Shown here one piece after another: positions 28,207 to 36,641 of a DNA stretch of 64,000 nt (the stretch's first letter is position 1; each line of letters starts with the position of its first letter). The stretch lies in the IMG/VR virus record IMGVR_UViG_3300037603_000023, positions 817-64,816 of that record; one strand, 5' to 3'. The stretch is from a virus. Lineage: Duplodnaviria > Caudoviricetes. The position numbers and the translations under genes are program-made. Under the pieces are notes generated by a model that saw nothing but the letters and a program-made list of their open reading frames with translations, was not told where the DNA came from and made no database searches.

Positions 28207-28256
28207 GAACATATCGAAACAGGCCAAACGTGGCCACCATTTAGGAACATTCGATC

Positions 28257-28490
28257 ATGGCACAAGCTGCAACCGCATCCTTTAACGACACCTACGCCGG
28301 TTTCATCCCGGTCAAGCTGGTTCCGTTCCGGACAAAGCGCAAGGGCGCAACCGTCACGCGGTATTCATGGCGGACGGAAGAAAACGCGGGTATCGGCATA
28401 TGGCGCGACCCGTCCTTTCCTACGGTCGAAAGCGCCATGCGCGCCGCATCCCGTATCCCGCATCTTTTCCAGAACGTGACGGAAGGCTGA
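28257..28490 (+). CDS. accessory hypothetical protein
   Basis: AGGA RBS after hairpin 1; 77 aa. Confidence 0.75.
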   Translation: MAQAATASFNDTYAGFIPVKLVPFRTKRKGATVTRYSWRTEENAGIGIWRDPSFPTVESAMRAASRIPHLFQNVTEG

Positions 28491-28494
28491 CACC

Positions 28495-28890
28495 ATGCGC
28501 CAGCTACTCGCAACCGCCATTCTAGCAACACTCGCAACCGGATCATATGCCGCTGACAAAGCGGCAACGTTGCCACCATGCGAGACGGAAGATTCTATAA
28601 ACTGTTTTTGGGACGCGACCGCGCGCGGCAACGGTAAAGGTCAGTCATTCATTGACGTTGACGGAAGCCGCATTTCTCTTGCGCCTTTTTTGCTTGTCGA
28701 ACTGTCAGGCTCGAGCGTTCGCATTCTGGAGCGGTTCGAACTGCCCGGCCATTGCTTCAAAGCCTCGCTTGATCATGCGCTACCAGCTGGCGCGACCTTT
28801 GCAACATGTGTCGGCACCGACGAAGCAAGCGAGGAAGCTATGGCCGCATATGTGGCCTTTGAGTATGGCCTGATTGAAGGCGATTTTTGA
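28495..28890 (+). CDS. secreted hypothetical protein
   Basis: Signal peptide MRQLLATAILATLATGSYA-A; LPPCETEDSINCFWDA...GNGKG motif. Confidence 0.75.
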   Translation: MRQLLATAILATLATGSYAADKAATLPPCETEDSINCFWDATARGNGKGQSFIDVDGSRISLAPFLLVELSGSSVRILERFELPGHCFKASLDHALPAGATFATCVGTDEASEEAMAAYVAFEYGLIEGDF

Positions 28891-28928
28891 AACCTGCCAA
28901 CCGTGGCAACCAACAAGGAACCGAAACC

Positions 28929-29165
28929 ATGCGCCCATATACCATGACACCGGATCGCGGCTTGCAGCCCGATATGACCGCGCGCCTTTACGTGAAACGC
29001 GACACCATGACAGACCTTTGGCGGTTGGCATGGATGACACCCGGCGCTGATTCATTCTGCTATGCGGAAGGTGAGTGCAGCGCCAAACTTTTTCGGTTGC
29101 GCCGCGATGCGGTCGCATATGGCCAGCGCGCCTATGGTGAAACTGCAAGCAAGTGGACGGATTGA
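28929..29165 (+). CDS. accessory hypothetical protein
   Basis: AAGGA RBS after hairpin 2; 78 aa. Confidence 0.75.
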   Translation: MRPYTMTPDRGLQPDMTARLYVKRDTMTDLWRLAWMTPGADSFCYAEGECSAKLFRLRRDAVAYGQRAYGETASKWTD

Positions 29166-29168
29166 ACC

Positions 29169-29411
29169 ATGGCTTATGTGACAATCCACAAATCCGGCGC
29201 TGGCGCTGATAGCTTCAAAGTCGATTCATGGTTCAATGGTTTGGCTTACAACTTCCATTTCGGTGAAGCCGGATCACCTATGCGAAACGTCTATTTGCAA
29301 GGTGAAGACGCGACCGCGATCCGCGACGAATTCGACAAGATGGAAAGCCGGGAACCGGACCGGGAAAGCCGCGAAATATGGCTGGCGTTGCTCGATCCTT
29401 ATCTCGACTAG
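29169..29411 (+). CDS. accessory hypothetical protein
   Basis: TGAACCATG junction; 80 aa, acidic C-terminus. Confidence 0.75.
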   Translation: MAYVTIHKSGAGADSFKVDSWFNGLAYNFHFGEAGSPMRNVYLQGEDATAIRDEFDKMESREPDRESREIWLALLDPYLD

Positions 29412-29499
29412 CCGCAATCGTGACGGCGCGCGCGTTCGCGCCGTGACATGGCCGCTAGGTCAATCCCGCTCAATTGTGAGCACCACGAAAGGAAAACCC

Positions 29500-29643
29500 A
29501 TGTTCACACATTCCGACCGCAACCGCCGCGACACGTTCGCCAATTCCAAACCCGGCAAAATCCGCCGGAATGACCGGCGCGCCGCTATCGCTCGCAAATC
29601 GGCTTTTCTGGTCGATGGCCTGACAATCCGCGCGGGGGAATGA
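29500..29643 (+). CDS. small basic hypothetical protein
   Basis: AAAGGA RBS after hairpin 3; 47 aa Arg-rich. Confidence 0.7.
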   Translation: MFTHSDRNRRDTFANSKPGKIRRNDRRAAIARKSAFLVDGLTIRAGE

Positions 29644-29646
29644 ACC

Positions 29647-29901
29647 ATGACACCTAATCAGATCGCCGACAAAGCGCGCGAAATGTGCGCCGGGAACGAG
29701 GAACTTTCCGCCAACCTGAAAGCCGCTTGGAACCGGGTTTGCGACCAGATCGAAAGCCGCGCTAAGCGGATCGGATCGCGCGTTTTCGAAGTGCGGCAAT
29801 GTCTCGACGCGGCCCGGCTCGAGCTGCTGACAGCGACAGTTGACGGGAAGCCGCTTGATGTCGCCGAAAAGCTTTCCTTGAAGCGCGTGGGGATCGAATG
29901 A
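29647..29901 (+). CDS. accessory hypothetical protein
   Basis: TGAACCATG junction; 84 aa. Confidence 0.7.
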   Translation: MTPNQIADKAREMCAGNEELSANLKAAWNRVCDQIESRAKRIGSRVFEVRQCLDAARLELLTATVDGKPLDVAEKLSLKRVGIE

Positions 29902-29903
29902 CC

Positions 29904-30167
29904 ATGGAAACCGCAACCAGCAAGCCCGCGACAATCACGGACGCGCGCCGGTCTTTTCTGGTCGACACGCCGAACGCTTGCACTCATTGGGGCCGCGTCA
30001 CCTTGACGACGACACCGGCCACGGATGGCGACGAACGGCGGTTTGTGCTGGCCGGTCCGTCTGGCCGTCACTCGCTCTTGATCGTCGCAACGGACGCGGC
30101 GCGCCTTGATGCGCATTGGCAAGGCTTTTGCAGCGATCCGCGCAACTGCCCAATTTCTGGAGAATGA
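29904..30167 (+). CDS. accessory hypothetical protein
   Basis: TGACCATG junction; 87 aa. Confidence 0.7.
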   Translation: METATSKPATITDARRSFLVDTPNACTHWGRVTLTTTPATDGDERRFVLAGPSGRHSLLIVATDAARLDAHWQGFCSDPRNCPISGE

Positions 30168-30169
30168 CC

Positions 30170-30481
30170 ATGGCCAACCGTTTAAGACAGATGATTTCAA
30201 GCGTGGTCAATGCGGCCATCGGCAAAGGCGGAAAGCCGATTGTCGAGCAACCGACTTTGCGTTGCCTCAAGGATCGCGCCGACGCGGCCGGAACTGCATT
30301 TGATGCGGCATGCAAGCCGCATTTCGCGGATGGCCGTTGGGGCGCATATCGCGCCATTGAATGCGGCCAGGAAATCCCGGCAACGGTTGACGCGGCAATG
30401 ACCGCTTACCACGACGCGACACAAGCATTTTACCGGGCCCGCGATGGTGAGGGCGGCTTTCTCGGATCGCGCGGATTGTGA
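30170..30481 (+). CDS. accessory hypothetical protein
   Basis: TGACCATG junction; 103 aa. Confidence 0.7.
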   Translation: MANRLRQMISSVVNAAIGKGGKPIVEQPTLRCLKDRADAAGTAFDAACKPHFADGRWGAYRAIECGQEIPATVDAAMTAYHDATQAFYRARDGEGGFLGSRGL

Positions 30482-30607
30482 CAACGGCGCGCGGTCTTCA
30501 CCGGGCCGCGCACCTATCACCCCGGCAACGTCACCGCATGGCGGCGTTTCCCGGCTGATAGAGCCGAAACCTGGCCAATTGTGGCCGCCAATTGAGGAAT
30601 TGAACCG

Positions 30608-31039
30608 ATGGCAAATGAACCGAAACCCACCACCATGCTTGCCGCCGTTCTGGCAACGGAAGGCAAAGGCCCATATCACACCGCGCGCGGCGAAAAGACC
30701 GATTTTATTGGCGACGGCTTGAGCGCGTATCGCATCGCCAAAGACGCGGAATCCTTGATCCGGCTTGGCAAGCGCGCCGCGCGGGTCGCGGTGCAACAAT
30801 GCAACGGAATCGATCGCTATGACGCAAAAGCCGGTCGCGTGCTCGCATCATGGACGGAAGCGGACCAGGACCGCGCGGAAAAGGCGAAAGCCAAAATCGA
30901 GACGGAAGCCAACGCAATTCTTGCGGCCTATGGCGGCGGCAATGCCAGCGCGGGCGGCGATCCGCGCGGCTATGTGCTGAAATTCAAACTGAATTCGGGC
31001 CGGTCAAACGGCATGGATTCCGGCGTTTGGGGGGTGTGA
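30608..31039 (+). CDS. accessory hypothetical protein
   Basis: GAGGA RBS after hairpin 4; GDPRGYVLK motif. Confidence 0.75.
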   Translation: MANEPKPTTMLAAVLATEGKGPYHTARGEKTDFIGDGLSAYRIAKDAESLIRLGKRAARVAVQQCNGIDRYDAKAGRVLASWTEADQDRAEKAKAKIETEANAILAAYGGGNASAGGDPRGYVLKFKLNSGRSNGMDSGVWGV

Positions 31040-31042
31040 TCA

Positions 31043-31471
31043 ATGAGCACTTACGTTTTCGACACTGACGACTTGCTCGATATTCGCCAAATCATCGAAC
31101 GGTTTGAAGAACTGGAAAGCGACCGGGACGGCTTTGTGATTGGCGCTCCGGACGGCACGGAAACGCCCGCGCCAGATCAATGGGCGGAAGAAAATCCGGA
31201 GGATTCCGACGAGTTGGCAATCCTTGAAAAGATGCTCGACGAATTGCGCGGCTATGGCGGTGACGAACAATGGCGCGGCGATTGGTTCCCCGGAACACTG
31301 ATTCATGAACGATATTTCACCGATGCAATGCGCGAGCTAGTCGAGGATATAGGCGGCATGCCAAGGGACGCGCCTTCATACCTCGTCATTGATTGGGAAG
31401 CGACCGCCGAAAATTTGCGCGTCGATTACTCGTCAATTGAGGTTGACGGCGAAACCTATTGGTATCGCTGA
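31043..31471 (+). CDS. ArdA-like antirestriction (acidic DNA-mimic) protein
   Basis: Very Asp/Glu-rich; ELVEDIG..P...YLVIDWEATAENLRVDY C-terminal ArdA-type motif. Confidence 0.6.
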   Translation: MSTYVFDTDDLLDIRQIIERFEELESDRDGFVIGAPDGTETPAPDQWAEENPEDSDELAILEKMLDELRGYGGDEQWRGDWFPGTLIHERYFTDAMRELVEDIGGMPRDAPSYLVIDWEATAENLRVDYSSIEVDGETYWYR

Positions 31472-31472
31472 A

Positions 31473-31640
31473 ATGATCCTTTGCCACATCCTAAGCGCAC
31501 ACGAACGCCTCATAACGTGGACGGAAGCCGCGCGGCTGATATGGCGGGACATTGAGCCAATTGCCCGCGACCTATTCGCCCTCGCTTCAATCTCTCTCTT
31601 TGTCGCGGCCTTTGTGCTGGTCGCGGCGGGGATCTCTTAA
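31473..31640 (+). CDS. small membrane protein
   Basis: 55 aa with one C-terminal TM helix. Confidence 0.6.
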   Translation: MILCHILSAHERLITWTEAARLIWRDIEPIARDLFALASISLFVAAFVLVAAGIS

Positions 31641-31673
31641 CCGCCAATCGTGGCGACCAGGAAAGGAATTGAA

Positions 31674-31913
31674 ATGCAGGTAACGGTTTCCAGAGAGCGC
31701 GACGTGGGCGGCGATTCCATCGCCTATGCCGTGCTCAATGACGGGCAAGCAACGCCGCTCATCATTCATCGCTATCGGTCCCAGGATTGGCAGCTTTGCC
31801 GGGAAAGGCCGATGCCGCCCGGCGCGTCTCGATCATGGGTGACAACCAGCATCCACAAGCGACTGAGTGAGGCGAAAGAGGCGGCGCGCCAATTGCTTGA
31901 AACCACCGCTTGA
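31674..31913 (+). CDS. accessory hypothetical protein
   Basis: AAAGGA RBS after hairpin 5; 79 aa. Confidence 0.75.
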   Translation: MQVTVSRERDVGGDSIAYAVLNDGQATPLIIHRYRSQDWQLCRERPMPPGASRSWVTTSIHKRLSEAKEAARQLLETTA

Positions 31914-31941
31914 TCAACCTCAATTCAGGAAAGGAATTCAG

Positions 31942-32190
31942 ATGTTCATTATCGAGATGCAACCGCCAAACGGCGCGCCGGTCGAATATTGGCCGGAAGG
32001 ATTCGGCTTTACCAGCCATGCGCACACACTCGACCGCGACCAGGCCGCGCGCTTTGACAGCGAGCCCGCCGCATGGCAGCGCGCCAATGGGTACAGATGG
32101 CCACCGGCCTTCTGGGAAAGTGAGCGCAAGCACCGCGACCGGATGGAAGCAAAATTCAGGCTTTGGCAATTCCGCGTCGTCGCCGCATAG
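31942..32190 (+). CDS. accessory hypothetical protein
   Basis: AAAGGA RBS; 82 aa. Confidence 0.7.
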   Translation: MFIIEMQPPNGAPVEYWPEGFGFTSHAHTLDRDQAARFDSEPAAWQRANGYRWPPAFWESERKHRDRMEAKFRLWQFRVVAA

Positions 32191-32275
32191 GCCGGATTTC
32201 AGCCGCGACCGGCTTTCGAGCCGGTCATGGGTGCAATCGCGCCGTCTCAATTGTGAGAACCAGAAAGGATTCGAA

Positions 32276-32611
32276 ATGCCACGAGAAACCCACACACTGC
32301 CATTTATCGGGATGCCAGACACCGAAGTTACAGGAAAGCGCGTTGGAGCCTTCCTTGTGTTCCGCTGCCCCGTGTACCCCGCGAAATTCCTCGTCTCGCA
32401 CCTGCCGTCACAATACAGCGCGCACAGTGACGGATTCCGCACACAGCGCGCGGCCCTGAATTTCGTTGACGCCCTTATGGCCCTGCCTGTGGATTGGGAT
32501 GCAATTCAGACGCCCGAACAAGCGCAGAGCTTGCCGCCCGAAGTGCTGCGCGAAGTCTATGACATTCGCCGCAGCTTCAACGCCGCAACCCTCAATCATT
32601 GGAGGGTGTGA
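32276..32611 (+). CDS. accessory hypothetical protein
   Basis: AAAGGA RBS after hairpin 6; 111 aa. Confidence 0.75.
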   Translation: MPRETHTLPFIGMPDTEVTGKRVGAFLVFRCPVYPAKFLVSHLPSQYSAHSDGFRTQRAALNFVDALMALPVDWDAIQTPEQAQSLPPEVLREVYDIRRSFNAATLNHWRV

Positions 32612-32613
32612 CC

Positions 32614-32838
32614 ATGGCCAAGCTTTCCCCTGTCAAAAATATCCCGACATTCGCTTGCATCATCCGCGCAACATGGGAGCGTGGCTCCGATCAGATTGCC
32701 GCCATCCGTGAAATCGATAATCGCGGCTCTTGGTTGTCAGCCGACCAATTGACACAAGCCGGGCTCACAAAAGCCAGGTATCGCGAGATTTGTGGCCGTG
32801 ATCCGAATACGGGCGCGAGGGCTGTTCAACATGGGTGA
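32614..32838 (+). CDS. accessory hypothetical protein
   Basis: GGAGG RBS, TGACCATG junction; 74 aa. Confidence 0.7.
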   Translation: MAKLSPVKNIPTFACIIRATWERGSDQIAAIREIDNRGSWLSADQLTQAGLTKARYREICGRDPNTGARAVQHG

Positions 32839-32992
32839 TCAGCCGAAGAAAGTCGCCAAGCTCCACAAGGGCAGAACATGGGCTGTAATGCGTCTGCCTT
32901 GGACAGGATTCCGCGACATGATCAGCGGCTTTGACAGCAAGGAAGCCGCCAAAGAATGGGCCACGGCGAACGGTTACGAGGTCATACCATGA
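32831..32992 (+). CDS. small hypothetical protein
   Basis: 53 aa overlapping the upstream stop. Confidence 0.6.
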   Translation: MGDQPKKVAKLHKGRTWAVMRLPWTGFRDMISGFDSKEAAKEWATANGYEVIP

Positions 32993-33075
32993 CCCGCCGC
33001 GCCTTCCTGCTGGCCGTGGCCGCTTTAACAATTCCAACAGGAATTGAGGGGGATGGCGACGTGCCACCCCCATAG
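32989..33075 (+). CDS. 28-aa micropeptide
   Basis: ATGA overlap; MTRRAFLLAVAALTIPTGIEGDGDVPPP. Confidence 0.45.
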   Translation: MTRRAFLLAVAALTIPTGIEGDGDVPPP

Positions 33076-33145
33076 CCCACCGCATGACCTGGGCGGCAAT
33101 TGTGCCGCCCGCCCCTCAACCGTGAAAACCGAAAAGGAAACCGAC

Positions 33146-33781
33146 ATGAAAACTTCAATCTGGATCGTAACCACCACCATCCCCGAGCGCGGCGAGCCGC
33201 CTTGCTTCCCAAGCCCGTTTGCAACGGAAACCGAGGCGGAAGCCTATGCCGATGAAATGATGCGCGCCGAGTGGGCCAGTCATGGGCCGGATGACGACGA
33301 AACCGGCGAGAGTCTACCCTACCCCGGAGATTGGCGCGAAGCTCAAGACTTGATCCTTGATTTCTACAATGATGGCTCCTGGGGCCAATGGCAGGTCACG
33401 CAGCACACCATCGAGACGCCGGACGTTTCGCACCCCGCCGCCGCCTTCATCAACCGCATGGCACAATTCACCACGCCGGAGGATGAATTCAACGACCCGG
33501 AAAACCAAGACAATGTTGCGGTCTATTCCGATGTCGAGGAATACATCAGCGACATGAGCGACGACCGGCTTTGCGGCGAGTATGAAGCCTTCATGTGCAT
33601 GGTGCGGGAAGCCCGGACAATTCGGGATGCTACCCCTGCCCCTGACCCGCGAATTACCGAGGCGAAAGCGGTCATCGGCCAGCTTGTGCTCCAGGTCGAG
33701 CAAATGCGCGGCATGTTCGATGACAGCGACGGCACAATTCAGGCCGCGCTTGATGATGCGGAGGCGTGGGGCAATGACTGA
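33146..33781 (+). CDS. acidic accessory hypothetical protein
   Basis: AAAAGGA RBS after hairpin 7; 211 aa, strongly acidic. Confidence 0.8.
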   Translation: MKTSIWIVTTTIPERGEPPCFPSPFATETEAEAYADEMMRAEWASHGPDDDETGESLPYPGDWREAQDLILDFYNDGSWGQWQVTQHTIETPDVSHPAAAFINRMAQFTTPEDEFNDPENQDNVAVYSDVEEYISDMSDDRLCGEYEAFMCMVREARTIRDATPAPDPRITEAKAVIGQLVLQVEQMRGMFDDSDGTIQAALDDAEAWGND

Positions 33782-34025
33782 CCTGACCCTGATCTACCTC
33801 GTCACCTACAATTTCGATTACGAGGAAAGCGCCCGCGCCTTCCGCACCCGCGCCGAAGCCGTGGCCGACATCGCCGACACCTTCGAATGCGAGAGCGAGC
33901 CAGACACCCCGGCCTTTTGGCAGGAGGTCATGGACACCTATGGGGCGGGCAATTGGAAAGGCTTCCAGTTTCTCACGCTCGACCCGGCAACGATGGCGAT
34001 CAAGGAGGCCAGGACCGATGGCTGA
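33774..34025 (+). CDS. acidic accessory hypothetical protein
   Basis: 83 aa overlapping the upstream stop. Confidence 0.7.
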   Translation: MTDLTLIYLVTYNFDYEESARAFRTRAEAVADIADTFECESEPDTPAFWQEVMDTYGAGNWKGFQFLTLDPATMAIKEARTDG

Positions 34026-34284
34026 TCACTCGCGGAAATACCTGGACACCTCAACTGCGCACATCTCACCCGCCGCAGTCGAATGGCTCGACAAGGTTAG
34101 CGGTGGCTACACCGTCGCCAAATTCGAATACGGCTGGTTTTGGCTGGTGCCGCAAGCGCCGGATGATCTTCTGCATGAAGACCTTCGACCGATTGCTGAC
34201 CACGCATCGAAGCTTGGATGCCACCACGTTCTATTCGATCGTGATGCAGCGCCAATTGACGGCTTGCCCGTCTACGAATGGTGA
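34018..34284 (+). CDS. DUF5983-like protein
   Basis: LDTSTAHI...YGWFWLVP...VLFDRDA motif. Confidence 0.7.
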   Translation: MADHSRKYLDTSTAHISPAAVEWLDKVSGGYTVAKFEYGWFWLVPQAPDDLLHEDLRPIADHASKLGCHHVLFDRDAAPIDGLPVYEW

Positions 34285-34289
34285 GCGCG

Positions 34290-34523
34290 ATGGAAACGAA
34301 AGAAGAAAAGAAGCGGTTCCTTGAGTCCTATGGATGGAAGGTCGGTGAGCGCGATCCCCGCCTCAACACAGACTTCCCCGGCGCGTTCATGTGCGTCGAG
34401 CCGCACGAGGAAGCCGAATTGCCGACCCGCGACGGCTCGAATGGACCGTGGTGTATCGTCGGCGACGACCTGCCCGCGCTTATCGATGAGGCGCATGATT
34501 TCTTGTCTGCGCTGATCCAATAA
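34290..34523 (+). CDS. accessory hypothetical protein
   Basis: 77 aa; in-operon spacing. Confidence 0.7.
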   Translation: METKEEKKRFLESYGWKVGERDPRLNTDFPGAFMCVEPHEEAELPTRDGSNGPWCIVGDDLPALIDEAHDFLSALIQ

Positions 34524-34557
34524 CCCGCCAATCATGGCAACCGAGAAAGGAAATCCG

Positions 34558-34869
34558 ATGTCCATACAACTGAATTTCATGGAAATGCTCGACGCTCTGG
34601 ACGAACTGGAATCGCCCGCCGCCGCGTCATTCAAGAAAACCGCCGAGGGCCTTGCGTCTGCGATGGCTCTTGAGATTGCACGTCTCACCGAAACCAAAAC
34701 CGACGAGGCAATTCATGAGGGCATGGCCTTCGCTGGCCTGTGCGCCCCGTTCAACCCGACCAAGGCGTATCAAGCGCCGCCGCAAGTGCTGACACAATTC
34801 GATCCTGGCGGCGTCGAAGACTGGATTGAAGACGCCGCAGCCCTCTACACCGAAGCGCAGGAGGCTTGA
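34558..34869 (+). CDS. accessory hypothetical protein
   Basis: AAAGGA RBS after hairpin 8; 103 aa. Confidence 0.75.
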   Translation: MSIQLNFMEMLDALDELESPAAASFKKTAEGLASAMALEIARLTETKTDEAIHEGMAFAGLCAPFNPTKAYQAPPQVLTQFDPGGVEDWIEDAAALYTEAQEA

Positions 34870-34872
34870 ACC

Positions 34873-35439
34873 ATGACCAATGAAACCGAATCCCACGGCG
34901 TCAACGTCTGGATGTGCGCCACGATCTACGTCGATGCCTTCAGCCAGGAAGAAGCCGAAAGCACCGTGACCGAACTCTATGCCGGTTCGCTCGAAAACCC
35001 GGACACAGTGGAAATTGCCGCCCGCGATATTCGGATGAGCGAGGGCGGGGATTTTCTGTCACCTGCCGTCACGCTCTACGGCCTTGCCAGCGAGAGCAAG
35101 CTTGTGCCCGAGTTTGACCCGGTCCGCGATGCAGCGCCCGACATGCTGGCGGCGCTGCAAGCCGTCATGCGCTGCGCCCGTGGCGAGCTGGAGCGCCCGC
35201 TTACGCAGCGCCAGCCATGGGCCGAGGCGCAGCGGCTGATCGAGGCAGCAATAGCCAAGGCGGAAGGCGGTGCAGCACCGACCACACTCGAAACCGCGCA
35301 GTCCCTCGAAGCCAAGTACGGGCGCTGGCAGGACCACCCCGATTACAGCGACCGCGATTGGCGCAACGACGAAACCCGCCTGGGTTATTGGGAATGGGTC
35401 GCGTCCAAGGTCAACAGCCAGGAAGGCGATTCAGCATGA
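34873..35439 (+). CDS. accessory hypothetical protein (modular)
   Basis: TGAACCATG junction; AAPDMLAAL..AIAKAEG and GEHPDY..DW...GYWEWV-type phage modules. Confidence 0.75.
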   Translation: MTNETESHGVNVWMCATIYVDAFSQEEAESTVTELYAGSLENPDTVEIAARDIRMSEGGDFLSPAVTLYGLASESKLVPEFDPVRDAAPDMLAALQAVMRCARGELERPLTQRQPWAEAQRLIEAAIAKAEGGAAPTTLETAQSLEAKYGRWQDHPDYSDRDWRNDETRLGYWEWVASKVNSQEGDSA

Positions 35440-35636
35440 GCAACCCGAATGGTATCCGCTACTGTGTGGATGGGCATGAATTCCCCTACCCTGAATCCAA
35501 TCTGGCAGGCGATGGCAAGTATGCGCCGTTCCGTGTCTTCGACATCACCGCCCAGGATTATGTTGGCGAACAGCACCCGACGCGGGACGACGCCGAAGCT
35601 GCTATGCGCGAACTGGAGGGTCGCAACAATGGATAA
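35436..35636 (+). CDS. small hypothetical protein
   Basis: ATGA overlap; 66 aa. Confidence 0.65.
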   Translation: MSNPNGIRYCVDGHEFPYPESNLAGDGKYAPFRVFDITAQDYVGEQHPTRDDAEAAMRELEGRNNG

Positions 35637-35919
35637 GCCCGCTCACAAGAAGATCACCGACATCGGCGATTTCGCAATATGGGAAACGCCGTCTGGTCGG
35701 TTCGAAATCTACAGCCCTACATCGCTACTTGCCTCAACGGGCACAATTGAGCGGGCCCTGGAATACGCCAGAGCGAAGGTGCGGGAGGCAGGCCCACCGG
35801 ACCCGCTGACCGCGCTCAAGGCGGTCGTGGCGACCGCGCCGCGCCTCTCTCACAGTCCGTTCACGGACGCTATCGAGGCCGCTAAGGCGGCGATTGCCAG
35901 GGCGGAGGGGCGGTCATGA
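35629..35919 (+). CDS. hypothetical protein
   Basis: Overlapping start; 96 aa. Confidence 0.65.
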   Translation: MDKPAHKKITDIGDFAIWETPSGRFEIYSPTSLLASTGTIERALEYARAKVREAGPPDPLTALKAVVATAPRLSHSPFTDAIEAAKAAIARAEGRS

Positions 35920-36485
35920 TCGAAGCAAAGCCCAACGGCTGTCAGGAATCGAATTACCTGGTCCCTACGCTCCCCTGTAACCAGCCCGCCGAGCGCATGA
36001 TCGGCTGGCCGGGGCGCGGTGAAGGCCCGTACCGCATGTGCGCAATGTGCGCCAATCACAGCGTCCGCAATCGTGGTGCTGAAGACATGGGGCCGTATGT
36101 GGCGGATGATGGGTCGGGGAATACGCCAGAATCTATAGCAAACGGCTACCTACGGGTAAAAATCCCCCTTACGACTGAAATGCTGGCCGCAATCGATGCC
36201 GCGGAAAGGAGCCTATTTTTGACCACTCTATTCTACCTCTCTTTCGCCGACCCGCAGAAGCCCAAGGGTGAACAATGGCTTGGCGCAGCAATTGTCGCTG
36301 CACCAGACTTCGTCGCAGCGGTGAATATTGCGCACATTGAAGGCATCAACCCAGGTGGTGAGGTGGTGGGTCAGGACGTCGATGCTGAATTGGAGGTTCC
36401 GCAACACTTCATCGGTCGGTTGCTCAACAAGCAGGACGTAGCCGACTTGGATGCCGCCTTGCTGGCCCAGCGTACCAAGCAATGA
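35916..36485 (+). CDS. hypothetical protein with N-terminal Cys cluster
   Basis: ATGA overlap; CQE...C...CAMC motif. Confidence 0.65.
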   Translation: MIEAKPNGCQESNYLVPTLPCNQPAERMIGWPGRGEGPYRMCAMCANHSVRNRGAEDMGPYVADDGSGNTPESIANGYLRVKIPLTTEMLAAIDAAERSLFLTTLFYLSFADPQKPKGEQWLGAAIVAAPDFVAAVNIAHIEGINPGGEVVGQDVDAELEVPQHFIGRLLNKQDVADLDAALLAQRTKQ

Positions 36486-36641
36486 CGCCCGAGCCATCCG
36501 CCCGCGACCCACCAGAACGCGACGAGAACCAAACAAAAACGAGCAGAACATAGGAGAACAAACCATGCCGAACCGCGCCAGAGAGCCACCACCACCCGCT
36601 CATTCAGCCAATTGTGGAAACCAGACAGGAAAGGAACACCG

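Larger units (their letters stand above)
28222..36622 (+). repeat. dispersed covarying hairpin-ACC-RBS elements (at least 9 copies)
   Basis: Stems at 28222, 28895, 29468, 30573, 31642, 32245, 33091/33116, 34527, 36608; consensus NNNCA-A(Y/A)YR-TGNNN-ACC before the RBS. Confidence 0.85.

Noticed and set aside
27079-28240. ORFs predicted in the cos/control region (27359-27886, 27565-27927, 27959-28240)
   Set aside because: Low-complexity translations without RBS or motifs; the region is better explained by cos, repeats, operators and promoters.
26908-28256. Full CtrA boxes (TTAA-N7-TTAA) regulating the phage promoters
   Set aside because: Only isolated TTAA half-sites were seen by eye; no full box could be supported.
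29472-29481. AATTGTGAGC identical to a lac operator half-site
   Set aside because: No second half-site. The match is explained by this copy's stem-loop sequence and is absent from most other copies.
28222-36622. Interpreting the repeated hairpins as a CRISPR array or integron attC sites
   Set aside because: The repeats are only 14-20 nt, differ in stem sequence and are separated by 0.6-2 kb of genes rather than ~30-nt spacers. There are no cas genes, no GTTRRRY/RYYYAAC attC ends and no integron integrase.
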